Source: an uncultured candidate division Zixibacteria bacterium (GTDB lineage Bacteria; Zixibacteria; MSB-5A5; RBG-16-43-9). Taken from it: a stretch of 64,000 bases of DNA. Under the pieces are notes generated by a model that was not told the DNA's origin, ran no database searches, and saw only the letters and a program-made list of their open reading frames with translations. Below are positions 49,314 through 59,228 of this stretch, in pieces (the stretch's first letter is position 1; each line of letters opens with the position of its first letter). Made by a program: the position numbers and the translations under genes. The stretch spans positions 960,001 through 1,024,000 of the forward strand of contig OY970208.1 in assembly GCA_963713865.1 (NCBI GenBank), written 5' to 3'.

Positions 49314-49596
49314 CTTTTCCTCCTTTTTGATTTCTATTTTTTTTAATTTGTAAGTGTAATGATAAAAAACACTATCTAAAAATCAGGTTTGATAAATTGT
49401 TAAAAAACAAACTATTTGGATAAATAGATTTGAAAAAGTAAAAAGCTGACCTTTTTTTATCTTCACTATAGATGAAGTCAATAAAATTATAGCTCAAAAA
49501 TTAAAAAAGTCAAGGAAAATTTGGGTAGTGTCCTAATTTGAATTTCCCTTCAATCAACTGTCCTACTTAATGGTAGAAAAATAATTAAAAAATAGC

Positions 49597-49625
49597 TTGA
49601 CAAAGGAAAAGGGGGTTATTATATT
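49597..49625 (+). promoter_or_regulatory. Putative sigma70-type promoter
   Basis: TTGACA-N17-TATATT upstream of 49653. Confidence 0.55.
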
Positions 49626-49652
49626 GTCTGAGATAATGGTAGGAGAATAGAA

Positions 49653-50054
49653 ATGAATCTTTCTGATATTTACAAGAGATTTCCAACTGAGGTAGATTGC
49701 ATTAAGTTCCTTGAGGAAATTCGCTGGAAGGGAAATCCCGTTTGTCCTTACTGTGGAGTAGGATACTTCACTGCTTTACAGATTGAGAACCGCTATCATT
49801 GTAACAATTGTAATACTTCATTTAGTGTTACAACAAGGACAATATTTCATCGGTCACATTTACCATCTCAAAAGTGGTTTTATTCAATTTATATTATTGT
49901 AAATAGTCACAAGAGAATTTCTGTTCGAGAATTGGCTAAAGAAATAAAAGTCAACAAAGATACTGCTTGTTTAGTTATTCAGAAAATTCGACAAGGAATG
50001 TTCAATGATAAGGCGCTTTTATTTAAAATAGCAGAAATAAATAAAATTAGTTAG
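49653..50054 (+). mobile_element. IS1595-family transposase N-terminal fragment (Zn ribbon + HTH, no DDE domain)
   Basis: FPTE..C..FLE..RW..CPYCG..YHC..C...FSV...TIFH.S.L...KW..., ELA..I.V...TA. Confidence 0.75.
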
Positions 50055-50064
50055 GAGGTAAATT

Positions 50065-51003
50065 ATGTTAAAAGCAACCCATTCAGGAATATTAAAAATT
50101 GGTGAATTTGATATTTCTTGTGCGGTTCTTGAAGATGGCACAAGGGTATTAGTAGAAAGAAGCGTAGCTAATGCACTCGGCAAAAGAGGTAGTGGCACTC
50201 ATTGGCAAAAAAAGAAAGAGCTTGGAAGTGGTGCTGTGCTTCCAGAGTATATTTCTGCAAAATATTTAAGTAATTATATAGATGGGGATTTACTTGTAAG
50301 ACTACAGAATAAAATAACTTACAAGTCTACAAAAGGTAAAACAATAGTCGGGGTAGAAGCTACAATTTTACCCGATATTTGTGATTTATGGGTGCAAGCA
50401 CGTGAAAAAGGCGCTTTACGTGGAAAGCAAATTGAAATCGCTAATAGAGCCTATCAATTAATGCGTGGTTTTGCAAATGTGGGTATAACTGCCCTTGTAG
50501 ATGAAGCCACTGGATACCAAGAAATTAGAGATAGAAAAGCCTTAGAAAAAATTCTTGAGATGTGGATAGCTAAAGAATTATTGCCATGGACTAAACGCTT
50601 CCCTAATGACTTTTATGAACAAATGTTTAGATTAAAAGGTTGGCAATATAGACCTTTATCAGTAAAACGACCACAGGTAATAGGTCATTATACCGATGAC
50701 ATCGTTTATAAGCGTTTAGAAACTGGAGTGTTAGAGGCATTAAGGAAGTCAAATCCGAGAACTGAAAAAGGACATCGTAAAAGCAAACATCATCAATGGC
50801 TAACTATGGATGTAGGACACCCCAAACTTCGAGATCATTTAAATGGGGTGATTGCTTTAATGCGAGCTTCTTCTAATTGGGATTTATTTAATCGATTATT
50901 AAATAGGGCATTTCCTAAAAAGGGACAAACCCTACAGCTTGCATTAGATGATAAAATTGAAATAGAAAAAGAGGAAGTAAAAGAGAATGAAAAAGCGGAG
51001 TAG
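50065..51003 (+). CDS. P63C-domain protein
   Basis: CAVLEDGTRV, VGITALVDEATGYQ, PW.KRFP..FY, HHQWLT..G.P.L..H. Confidence 0.8.
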   Translation: MLKATHSGILKIGEFDISCAVLEDGTRVLVERSVANALGKRGSGTHWQKKKELGSGAVLPEYISAKYLSNYIDGDLLVRLQNKITYKSTKGKTIVGVEATILPDICDLWVQAREKGALRGKQIEIANRAYQLMRGFANVGITALVDEATGYQEIRDRKALEKILEMWIAKELLPWTKRFPNDFYEQMFRLKGWQYRPLSVKRPQVIGHYTDDIVYKRLETGVLEALRKSNPRTEKGHRKSKHHQWLTMDVGHPKLRDHLNGVIALMRASSNWDLFNRLLNRAFPKKGQTLQLALDDKIEIEKEEVKENEKAE

Positions 51004-51006
51004 TAA

Positions 51007-51108
51007 CTCCGCTTACGTGTTCACCAAACTTTAAGAGTTACCCCAGCTATGGAATCTGGTATAACTGAACATATTTGGAGTTGGGGAGAATTATTAACTC
51101 AAAATTAG
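51007..51108 (+). pseudogene. C-terminal remnant of an IS1-family-like transposase
   Basis: Translates LRLRVHQTLRVTPAMESGITEHIWSWGELLTQN*, matching the H.TL..TPAM..G..D/EH.WS..EL tail. Confidence 0.6.
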
Positions 51109-51118
51109 GAGGTTTAAA

Positions 51119-51259
51119 ATGAGTGGCAAAGACCGTAAAAGCACTCTTAGGGGACGTGATGCGGGTTCTGGACAATTTATTCCTATTGAGGAGGCTCGAA
51201 GACGCAAAGAAACAGCAGTCGTAGAGAGAATCCCATTGCCCAAGAAACACAAAAAGTAG
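51119..51259 (+). CDS. Small basic protein (46 aa), absent from the ORF track
   Basis: AGGAGGT RBS; MSGKDRKSTLRGRDAGSGQFIPIEEARRRKETAVVERIPLPKKHKK. Confidence 0.7.
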   Translation: MSGKDRKSTLRGRDAGSGQFIPIEEARRRKETAVVERIPLPKKHKK

Positions 51260-51296
51260 TTATTTATTTTTTAAAATTTTTAATTTCTGACTGGAT

Positions 51297-51530
51297 GCAT
51301 CGGCATTAGGAAATGCCGATGCCCGTTAAACGATCTTATATTATAAGACAGATAAGCGCAAGTCCTACCCGCCTCTGGCGGGTTTCTCGGACTTCAGCTT
51401 GCGGATGGAGAAGGCGAGTAAGATCGTAAAGCTGAAATTAACCCCGCCCTATCCCTCCCCTTTTCCTACGGACCCGTTTCAGGGCAAGGGGAGGGCAAAG
51501 AAAGAGCGCAGACTGAAGTCTGCGGCTACC
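51297..51530. repeat. Cluster of short palindromic repeats
   Basis: GCATCGGCATT-AGGA-AATGCCGATGC; CCCGCC-TCT-GGCGGG; CCCTCCCCTT...AAGGGGAGGG; CGCAGACT-GA-AGTCTGCG-GCTAC. Confidence 0.6.
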
Positions 51531-51552
51531 TCGATGGTACTTATTGAAAATG

Positions 51553-52827
51553 TCAAGTTTTCATCAATACCAGGGTGATGTCATCTTCTTGGGGCTGGGT
51601 GCCTTGAAAGGAGAGGACATCATCCACAATTTTTTGTAAAAGGTTCTGGGTTGAAATCTCCTGGTTATCTTTAAGAAGTCTTAAAAGCCTTTTTTCTTCA
51701 AACATTTCCTCTTTCTCATTTATCGCTTCAGTTATGCCGTCTGTATATAGAAGGAGTATATCATCTGGTTTTAATTGAACCGTGTCCTCTTCATAAACTG
51801 AATTATCGGAAATCCCCAGGATGATTCCACCTTTTTCCAGGTTTTTCACATTACCCTCGCTGTCCAGCAGAAAAGGGAAGTTATGCCCGGCATTGGTGTA
51901 GGTGAAGGTTTTTGTTTGAAGGTCCAGAATGCCGTAAAAAAGGGTGATGAACTTTCCCATATCCATAAATTTAGAGAGCATGAAGTTGGTCTTGGTTACC
52001 GTATCCTTCACACTGCGATTTACCAGAGCTTGACCTCTTAAGCTAGCTTGCAGATTTGCCATCAACAAAGCTGCGGGAGTTCCTTTGCCTGAAACGTCTG
52101 CGATGGCAATCCCGAGATGAGAATCATCTATCTGGATGAAATCGTAATAGTCGCCACCAACCTGCCTGGCTGAGATGGAAAGGCCAAAAATCTCTATCCC
52201 TTCGATAATCGGGTTACTTTTAGGCAGGAGGGATTGCTGAATGAAGCGGGCAGTTCTCAAATCTTCTTCTAAAGCTATAAGTTTACGCTCCTCCTCGTAA
52301 AGCCGAGCATTTTCCAGGGTCTGGACCGATTGAATGCCAATGATCGATAAAAGCCTCAGGTCATCCGGGGTAAAATCTGAATTATCTTTTTTGTTAAAAA
52401 GACATAAAACTCCTATCATCTTATTTTTTAGTTTTAAAGGTACGGCTAAAAGCGATTTTATCTCCGTGGATTCCTTTTCAATCCCTAAGAACCTTTCGTC
52501 TTTTGAAAGGTCGTTGATCAAAAGCGGTTTTTGGTTCTTGAGCATCCATCCGGTCAGGCTCATCCCAAAATGGTAGGGAACGCCTTTGATGGTGGAATCG
52601 GTTATTCTTATGAAGGTTTTCAAGGGAGCAGTTTCGTTTTCCACGCTTACCAGGCAGATGGCACCCTGTTCTGCCTGGATGTGCTTGGTGCACTTTTTAA
52701 CTATCAGCTCGGTCATCTTCTCCACCCCCATAGTTGAGCTGATGGCCACGCCTATATCATTGAGAATGGATAGCTCCTCAACCGCTCGCCTGAGCTTGAG
52801 ATTTTCTTCTCTTAGTCCATTTAGCAT
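51553..52827 (-). CDS. GAF-domain SpoIIE/RsbU-family PP2C phosphatase
   Basis: GAF domain; VGGDYYD, IADVSGKG, NAGH, YTDGITE, DDIT. Confidence 0.9.
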   Translation of the reverse strand: MLNGLREENLKLRRAVEELSILNDIGVAISSTMGVEKMTELIVKKCTKHIQAEQGAICLVSVENETAPLKTFIRITDSTIKGVPYHFGMSLTGWMLKNQKPLLINDLSKDERFLGIEKESTEIKSLLAVPLKLKNKMIGVLCLFNKKDNSDFTPDDLRLLSIIGIQSVQTLENARLYEEERKLIALEEDLRTARFIQQSLLPKSNPIIEGIEIFGLSISARQVGGDYYDFIQIDDSHLGIAIADVSGKGTPAALLMANLQASLRGQALVNRSVKDTVTKTNFMLSKFMDMGKFITLFYGILDLQTKTFTYTNAGHNFPFLLDSEGNVKNLEKGGIILGISDNSVYEEDTVQLKPDDILLLYTDGITEAINEKEEMFEEKRLLRLLKDNQEISTQNLLQKIVDDVLSFQGTQPQEDDITLVLMKT

Positions 52828-53148
52828 TTTTAACCTTTTTTCAAATCATCTGTAAGTAATATATCTATTTTGTAAATATAAAATCAAGCTTAATCAAAAA
52901 GATTTTCTCGGATTTCTACAAGTTTTTCAGTGAGCTCGGGGAAAGTAGATATTGCGTAGCGGAGATATTTAAGACAGATTAACATGCTCCAACCTTTACT
53001 TGCAGCAAGCCTTTGAAGTACAAATTCTCATTTAAATCACTTTCTAATTAAACAGAAGCCTTTACATTATGAGATCGGAATTTCCTTGCAAAACTGGTTG
53101 ATTTGCATTATCTTCAACTCAGGTTGTTCAATTGGAGGAATTGTGTCT

Positions 53149-53469
53149 ATGTCTCATCTCGATGTCAGCGGCAAGAAACTAGCACTTAACGAAGAGGGGT
53201 TTCTAACAGATCCCCACCAGTGGGATAAGCAGGTTGCGGAGGTTTTAGCCAAAGCTGCAGAAGGCATCGATAACCTGACCCCGGAACACTGGGCGGTTAT
53301 TGAGTTCATTCGGGATCACTTCTTGGAAACGAGCTTGGCACCGATGGTTCGCTCCATTTGTAAGACCACCGGCTTGCCTCTGCGTCGCATTTACGAATTA
53401 TTCCCCTCAGGTCCTGCCAAGGGGGCCTGCAAGATTGCCGGTTTGCCTAAGCCGGACGGCTGTGTATAG
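53149..53469 (+). CDS. dsrC: DsrC/TusE-family sulfur-relay protein with two C-terminal cysteines
   Basis: EGFL...W, HW.VI.F.R, LFP.GPAKGACKIAGLPKPDGCV; GGAGG RBS before ATG 53149. Confidence 0.85.
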   Translation: MSHLDVSGKKLALNEEGFLTDPHQWDKQVAEVLAKAAEGIDNLTPEHWAVIEFIRDHFLETSLAPMVRSICKTTGLPLRRIYELFPSGPAKGACKIAGLPKPDGCV

Positions 53470-53479
53470 GTTTCCCAAA

Positions 53480-54115
53480 ATGTCTCTATTTGCGATACTG
53501 CAACTGTGCGTGGCAGCTTCGATGCTATTTTGCGTCGTCATGCTGACGGTGATGCTTATGCACACTTTCGCATTTGGCCGGAGATCGACATACGCCCAGC
53601 CACGTGGCAGCAGCTTTAGGGGAATTGTATATGCTTTCGGATTGGGCATGCTGCCTTGGGAGAAAGAAAGTGCTGCCAAACACATTTGGACTTATATTGG
53701 CGGTATCCTATATCACCTTGGCATACTGATGGCAATGCTTTTATTGGCAACGGTATTATTGGGAATTTCGTTTCCCCAGAGGTTGTTGCAGCCGGTACGG
53801 ATATTGTTGGCTATTGGCGTAGTCTGTGGACTGTCACTGCTTATTAAGAGAATACTTAAGCCACACATGAGATCCTTAAGCAGCGGTGATGACTATCTGG
53901 CCAATTCTCTTGTCGACCTTCTTTTGTTATCAGCTCTGGTATCTACTTTCGCAGAAGCCATGCTGGCTCCGTTTCTCGCTATTGCCATCGGTATCTTTCT
54001 TTATATTCCTTTTGGGAAACTTCGCCACTGCGTTTACTTCTTTTATTCCCGAGTTCTATTCGGTACCTTCTTTGGCAAAAGAGGTGTAGTTCCTCATCCC
54101 TCAAGGAAGGCTTAG
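53480..54115 (+). CDS. DsrM/NarI-like membrane cytochrome b subunit
   Basis: Multiple TM helices, YHLG, R.LS..DDY, YIPFGKLRH; position between dsrC and dsrK-like genes. Confidence 0.6.
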   Translation: MSLFAILQLCVAASMLFCVVMLTVMLMHTFAFGRRSTYAQPRGSSFRGIVYAFGLGMLPWEKESAAKHIWTYIGGILYHLGILMAMLLLATVLLGISFPQRLLQPVRILLAIGVVCGLSLLIKRILKPHMRSLSSGDDYLANSLVDLLLLSALVSTFAEAMLAPFLAIAIGIFLYIPFGKLRHCVYFFYSRVLFGTFFGKRGVVPHPSRKA

Positions 54116-54118
54116 TAT

Positions 54119-55489
54119 ATGGCATCCGAAAAAGATATAGAAGATCCTTATTTGAAGCGTATCCGACATCTGAACTCCGGCCAGCTGGAATCGGCTTTGT
54201 CATCTTTCCAACGATTGCTTGACCACGAGACAGTTGCCAACCTGCACTCATGCGTCAATTGCGGTCTTTGCGCCGAAACCTGCCACTATTTTCAAGTCAC
54301 CCGGGAGGTTGAAGCTATCCCTGCCTACAAGCTTAAGCTCGTTATATCAGTATTCAGAAAGCTCCTGACCGTGCTGGGCGGATTGGCAGAAAAGTCTCAA
54401 GCTGAAGGTGTTTTAGATAGCCAAACCGTCGAGCAATGGATCGATTCGCTTTTCGGGCGTTGCACACTGTGTGGACGCTGCACCCTCAACTGCACCATGG
54501 GCATCAACATAACACGAATAATCCGAATGGCCAGAAGTACCCTGGCTTCCATTGACCTGGTTCCACCCGAACTGCAGTCAACCGTGACCACCGCGGTGGA
54601 AAAAGGTAATAACATGGGAATTCCCCGGAAGGATTGGCTCGACACGCTCCAGTGGTTGAGCGAAGAGCTGCAGATGGAGGTTGGTGATCCACAGGCGCAT
54701 CTGCCGGTGGATAAGCCGGGTATGAAGCTTCTGTACACAGTCAATCCGCGCGAACCGAAATTTTTCCCATTGTCTCTTCTAGCCATCGCTAAGATATTCT
54801 ATGTGGCAGGAGAAAGTTGGACCGTATCCAGCGATTTCTATGACGTCACCAATTATGGCCTTTACAGCGGGAATAACGATGAAGCGGGTTTGCTTTCATC
54901 ACGTTTGCGAGAATCAATGGTCAAGTTGGGAGCAAAAACGTTGGTCCTGGGCGAATGTGGTCATGGGTATAATTCCAATCGCTGGGAAGCGCCTGAGTGG
55001 ATAGCTGCCGAGGACAAATTCAAGAGCAAAAGCGTCATTCAAATCATCGCCGATTATATCCACCAGGGACGCATCAAACTGGACCCTTCGCGCAATAAGA
55101 AATTGGTGACGCTGCATGATCCCTGCAACCTGGTACGCCTAGGGGGCATCATTGAAGAACAACGCTACATTCTCAAAAACGCGGTCACCAACTTCGTGGA
55201 GATGCATCCCAATCGCGAAAAGAATTATTGTTGTGGTGGCGGTGGCGGACAGTTGTCAATGACACGCTATGCCAAGAGACGACTGGAGACAGGCAAAATC
55301 AAAGCAGATCAAATCCGTAAAACCGGGGCCCAGATCGTAGTTGCTCCCTGTCACAATTGTATTGACCAGTTAAGTGAGCTTAACCGCGAATATAGGCTGG
55401 GAGTAGAGGTCAAGACCGTATCCGAGATCGTCGCCGATGCCCTAGTAATTAAAAAGACGGATAAACAAGATCAGAAAAGCCAGTCTTGA
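54119..55489 (+). CDS. DsrK/HdrD-like Fe-S oxidoreductase (2x[4Fe-4S] + CCG domain)
   Basis: CVNCGLCAETC, CTLCGRCTLNC, GECGHG, HDPC, CCGGGGG, PCHNC. Confidence 0.8.
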   Translation: MASEKDIEDPYLKRIRHLNSGQLESALSSFQRLLDHETVANLHSCVNCGLCAETCHYFQVTREVEAIPAYKLKLVISVFRKLLTVLGGLAEKSQAEGVLDSQTVEQWIDSLFGRCTLCGRCTLNCTMGINITRIIRMARSTLASIDLVPPELQSTVTTAVEKGNNMGIPRKDWLDTLQWLSEELQMEVGDPQAHLPVDKPGMKLLYTVNPREPKFFPLSLLAIAKIFYVAGESWTVSSDFYDVTNYGLYSGNNDEAGLLSSRLRESMVKLGAKTLVLGECGHGYNSNRWEAPEWIAAEDKFKSKSVIQIIADYIHQGRIKLDPSRNKKLVTLHDPCNLVRLGGIIEEQRYILKNAVTNFVEMHPNREKNYCCGGGGGQLSMTRYAKRRLETGKIKADQIRKTGAQIVVAPCHNCIDQLSELNREYRLGVEVKTVSEIVADALVIKKTDKQDQKSQS

Positions 55490-55510
55490 AATTGGGTATA
55501 GCTACTCCAG

Positions 55511-56710
55511 TTAAGAGGATTTTTGTTTTTGGCGAATGCGAGTTATATCCCCCACAGCTCTAAGGGCAGATTCGACGTCTTCGATCGTGTTAAAGGGGCC
55601 TATCCCGAATCGTACCGACCCATGAATCCTATCAGTACCGAGCTGCTTATGCACTAAGGGAGCGCAGTGCAAACCGGTGCGGCTGGCAATATTGTAATCA
55701 ACATCCAGCATGGTACCTGTGTCCTGTGCCTCCAGCCCATCCACATTGAATGTGAGGATACCGATATGATTAGCAAGATTGTCTTGACAGTATAGAGTCA
55801 CACCGTCGATTTCCTGGAGACCGTCTCGCAACATACGGAGTAGCTGCATTTCGCGTTCATGGATGTTTGACATTCCTTGCTTAAGCAACCATTTGACGCC
55901 GGCATTCAATCCTGCTATTCCCGGCAGGTTTGGGGTGCCATACTCGAGTCGGTATGGGTATTCGTCCAGATGAGTGCGGACGGCCGAACGCACGCCCGTG
56001 CCGCCGGCGCGGGTGTGCCGGATCTCAATTCCTTCGCGGACATAAAGCCCTCCGATGCCCATTGGTCCCATGAGAGATTTATGACCAGTGAAAGCCAAAA
56101 CGTCGATATTCAACTTTTCCATATCCACCGGAATCTTGCCAGCTGACTGGGCGGTATCGATCAATAGAGTAATGCCACGTTCCCGGCAGAGCTTGCCGAT
56201 TTCTCCAACCGGCTGGACGGTGCCAATGACATTCGAGGCGTGATTGATTGCGACCAGTTTGGTGTTCTTCTTGAAGCGCCGGGCGAATTCGTCCGGGTCC
56301 ACGAATCCTTGACCGTCAAACGGAACATGATCGACATCGACGCCCCCATACTGGTGAAGATGGAATAGCGGTCGAATGACCGAATTGTGTTCTACATTAG
56401 AGGTGATGGCATGATCGCCTTCCTTAAGCAAACCAAAGATTGCCAAATTCAAAGCATCTGTGGCGTTGTAGCTGAAGATCAGACGATTGGGATCGGTTCC
56501 ACCATTGAAGAACTCGGTGAGAAGCTTGCGGGTTTCCTCGACCATGGACCCCGCCACCATGCAGAGATCGTATCCTGACCGACCTGGGTTGACTCCGTAG
56601 ATACGATAAAATTGATCCATTGCCACATAAACTTCTTCAGGTTTTGGAAAAGTAGTTGCTCCACTATCAAGATAGATGAGTTTCTCCATAGTCATCTGTT
56701 GTTTTGCCAC
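55511..56710 (-). CDS. Cysteine desulfurase family protein (aminotransferase class V)
   Basis: IYLDSGATT, EHNSV, HASNV.G, DTAQ, TGHKSL.GP, RTGLHCAP. Confidence 0.9.
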   Translation of the reverse strand: MAKQQMTMEKLIYLDSGATTFPKPEEVYVAMDQFYRIYGVNPGRSGYDLCMVAGSMVEETRKLLTEFFNGGTDPNRLIFSYNATDALNLAIFGLLKEGDHAITSNVEHNSVIRPLFHLHQYGGVDVDHVPFDGQGFVDPDEFARRFKKNTKLVAINHASNVIGTVQPVGEIGKLCRERGITLLIDTAQSAGKIPVDMEKLNIDVLAFTGHKSLMGPMGIGGLYVREGIEIRHTRAGGTGVRSAVRTHLDEYPYRLEYGTPNLPGIAGLNAGVKWLLKQGMSNIHEREMQLLRMLRDGLQEIDGVTLYCQDNLANHIGILTFNVDGLEAQDTGTMLDVDYNIASRTGLHCAPLVHKQLGTDRIHGSVRFGIGPFNTIEDVESALRAVGDITRIRQKQKSS

Positions 56711-56757
56711 TTAGCTAAGCAGGCAGCTTTTTCTAATATTTTTTTACTTAAATTCAT

Positions 56758-56892
56758 TTATATATTTTTCTCCACTGGTACAGCGATACTAGTAAACAAA
56801 TTATTAGTATCCAGATACTTATTTGCCACCCTTTGAACATCCTCTTTAGTTATCATGCCAGTCCCGTCAATATAGATGTCGAAATCGTCCAT
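56758..56892 (-). pseudogene. C-terminal fragment resembling an M16 (insulinase-family) peptidase tail
   Basis: Translates MDDFDIYIDGTGMITKEDVQRVANKYLDTNNLFTSIAVPVEKNI*; IT.EDVQRVA.KYL motif. Confidence 0.5.
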
Positions 56893-57350
56893 GAGGAGAG
56901 TATAAAATACCTGATCTTTGATAATGCTGGCAACAGCTGAGGGGATAACCCAGCCATTATTACTAAAGGCGCAAAAATTTTCATAATCTCTTATAATTCA
57001 CATCTTGACTCTCCCTAAAAAAAGGTAACATAATCACATTTGATAATGTTACCCTCAGAAGACCTCTATCTCGATACAACAGCCGCAGATGGTACCACAG
57101 CTGTTGCTACTACAGATACATTTAATACCCTGATAGAAGCCTTGTCTCATCTTTAACTTTTTCTGTCCTTCCCTGCTTGTGCACCTAAAAAAATCAAAGA
57201 GAAAATTTGTTATTTTTTTCACAAAGAGGTTCAAAATAAAATGCGCCTCTCATTTAATATTATACAATCTTTTGAAATTTCGTCAAGGGAAATATTTTTA
57301 CACTTTTTTTCTTAGAGAAGCTAAAAAAGACCTTCACTTTTATTTGAGAC

Positions 57351-58101
57351 TTATTTTGCTTCAAATACTCCATCTAATTCCATATAAGCGGTATGCATTT
57401 TATCCAGCTTTTCCTCTATCTTCTTGTTATCCTTTTTATTGCAGGCTTTTACCAGTTCATCCACTGAGTCTTTTAAGGCTTTCCTCTTTTCGATAAACTG
57501 AGGGACATTTTCTTTAAACTTTTCAGGAAAATCAACTTTCATAAGGGTATCCATTTTTTCCTGAAGAGTTGGAGCACAAGCAATAATGGCTTTGAAATCT
57601 TTCTTGGGTAAGGCTTCATGCCAGAGAGGATATAATACCAGGTGAAAGTTTTCTAATTCTTTAACTCTGGGAGCGAAAACCCGCACAAGCTGCTCATAAG
57701 CAGTATGTAGATTTTCAGTTGCATTTAATAAAGCTTCATTATCATTTCCCTTCGCTTTTTCATCTAACTCCTTGACAGCTATAGATAAAGCTTCTCTTTT
57801 CTTTTCGAAATCCTCTTTCTTCTCTCTGAAAAATCCTGGAAGCTCAGCCTTGTTGACTACCTCCATCTTTTCCTTGAAAGCTGGAACTGCATCCCGAATA
57901 GCCTGATAATCTTTATCCGGATAAGCCGTATGCCAGAACAGATGCGAGAATATCATGAAACTCTTTTAATCCTTCGAGTCTGGGTTTACTCATCTCCATA
58001 GTCTTTTGGGGATCTGTCTGTGTCTGGGCTAAAATGGAAGAGAAGATGAAAACCGTGAACAATATGGATATTAGAATCGTGAATTTCTTATTGAAATTCA
58101 T
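57351..58101 (-). CDS. Exported helical two-repeat His-containing protein (1-nt frameshift at 57933-57939)
   Basis: Signal peptide; corrected repeat 1 FHDILASVWH..LHTAY aligns with repeat 2 FHLVLYPLWH..MHTAY. Confidence 0.75.
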
Positions 58102-58320
58102 TTCAACCTCCTCATATAAATTTATTAATTACCCTTATCTCTATGAATCGTATCCGACTAAAGCGAACTATCAACTTTCTGGATTTCGGTTCAGTTTTTT
58201 AGCTCAATTTCCATATCCTTGAACAAATTCTCCTTATCTTGATTGTTAAATTTTACGAACCTTCCATCAAATAATTTGTGGAAGTTTTTTTACTGTTTGT
58301 TTAAAAATAGATTCTTAAAT

Positions 58321-58929
58321 TTAGGATTTTGGGATACAGGGAGGGGGACCTGATTTAAAGAAATAATTGATCAAATAGTATAAATCAGTTAGGGAGGTTT
58401 TACTATCACAGTTTAAATCTCCAGCCTGCAAGGGTGTAGGTGGGGGTCCACCTTTGAAAAGATAGTTAACCACATAGACTAAATCACTCATATTTAAAAG
58501 GCTGTCTCCATTGGAATCTCCAGGAATCAATAGCTTAGAATCAAGCAGCAGGAAAAATCTAAAAGGCGAAGACCAGGCTGAAATCTTACCTGTGCAGGCA
58601 TCTTTATGCCTTCCCTTCCAGTAAAAGCTTCCCTGAATTAAAGGAACATTGACTGAATAGGTGAAATAAACATTAGATTGACATTTAAGCCACTCACTCT
58701 GATGTATGATGTTTTTGAAGTCTCTATCACGGGATACCTGTATCTGGATTAAAAGGGTATCGCATTGAATATAATTCGCAGTTTTAAATTTTAAATCCAT
58801 TTTTATGGTAGAGGTTTGAGCCACTAAATTGGAATTGAGGAGAAAAATTAGAAAAAAGAGAAAAGAAAGGATTTTAGGTAAATTATTCAAAAGGCGGGAA
58901 TTAAATCCTTTTAAAAGAATAGACGACAT
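58321..58929 (-). CDS. Small secreted FN3-like + dockerin-like protein
   Basis: QVS.D.DF, FYWK.R, SAWS.P FN3-like motifs; GDSNGD/GDLNCD repeats; start uncertain. Confidence 0.75.
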   Translation of the reverse strand: MSSILLKGFNSRLLNNLPKILSFLFFLIFLLNSNLVAQTSTIKMDLKFKTANYIQCDTLLIQIQVSRDRDFKNIIHQSEWLKCQSNVYFTYSVNVPLIQGSFYWKGRHKDACTGKISAWSSPFRFFLLLDSKLLIPGDSNGDSLLNMSDLVYVVNYLFKGGPPPTPLQAGDLNCDSKTSLTDLYYLINYFFKSGPPPCIPKS

Positions 58930-59228
58930 TCCTGTCCCTATAAGAATATAAAGATTAGTTATTTACTGGGAAACAGCCAGAGGAGCTTTCTAATAAACTA
59001 TAGTCCAGGTTGACTGCATCCTCTTAATAATATCAGGTGCTCAGAATCCCCACTCCCCCAGTGGGATTTAATTAATGAGCAAAAAATTCGCTATATTATA
59101 ACTATTTTCTCTGATTTGTCAAGACCCCTTTGGAAAATTTTTTAAAAAAATTATAATCTCTTTAAAGTAATTGATTTATAAGAAGGTAGATATTAAATTA
59201 TACTCGTTTTTCGTATAATAGATAACCA

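Noticed and set aside
1695-58222. Numerous short antisense or overlapping ORFs in the ORF track
   Set aside because: They lie opposite or within well-supported genes and show no recognisable motifs.
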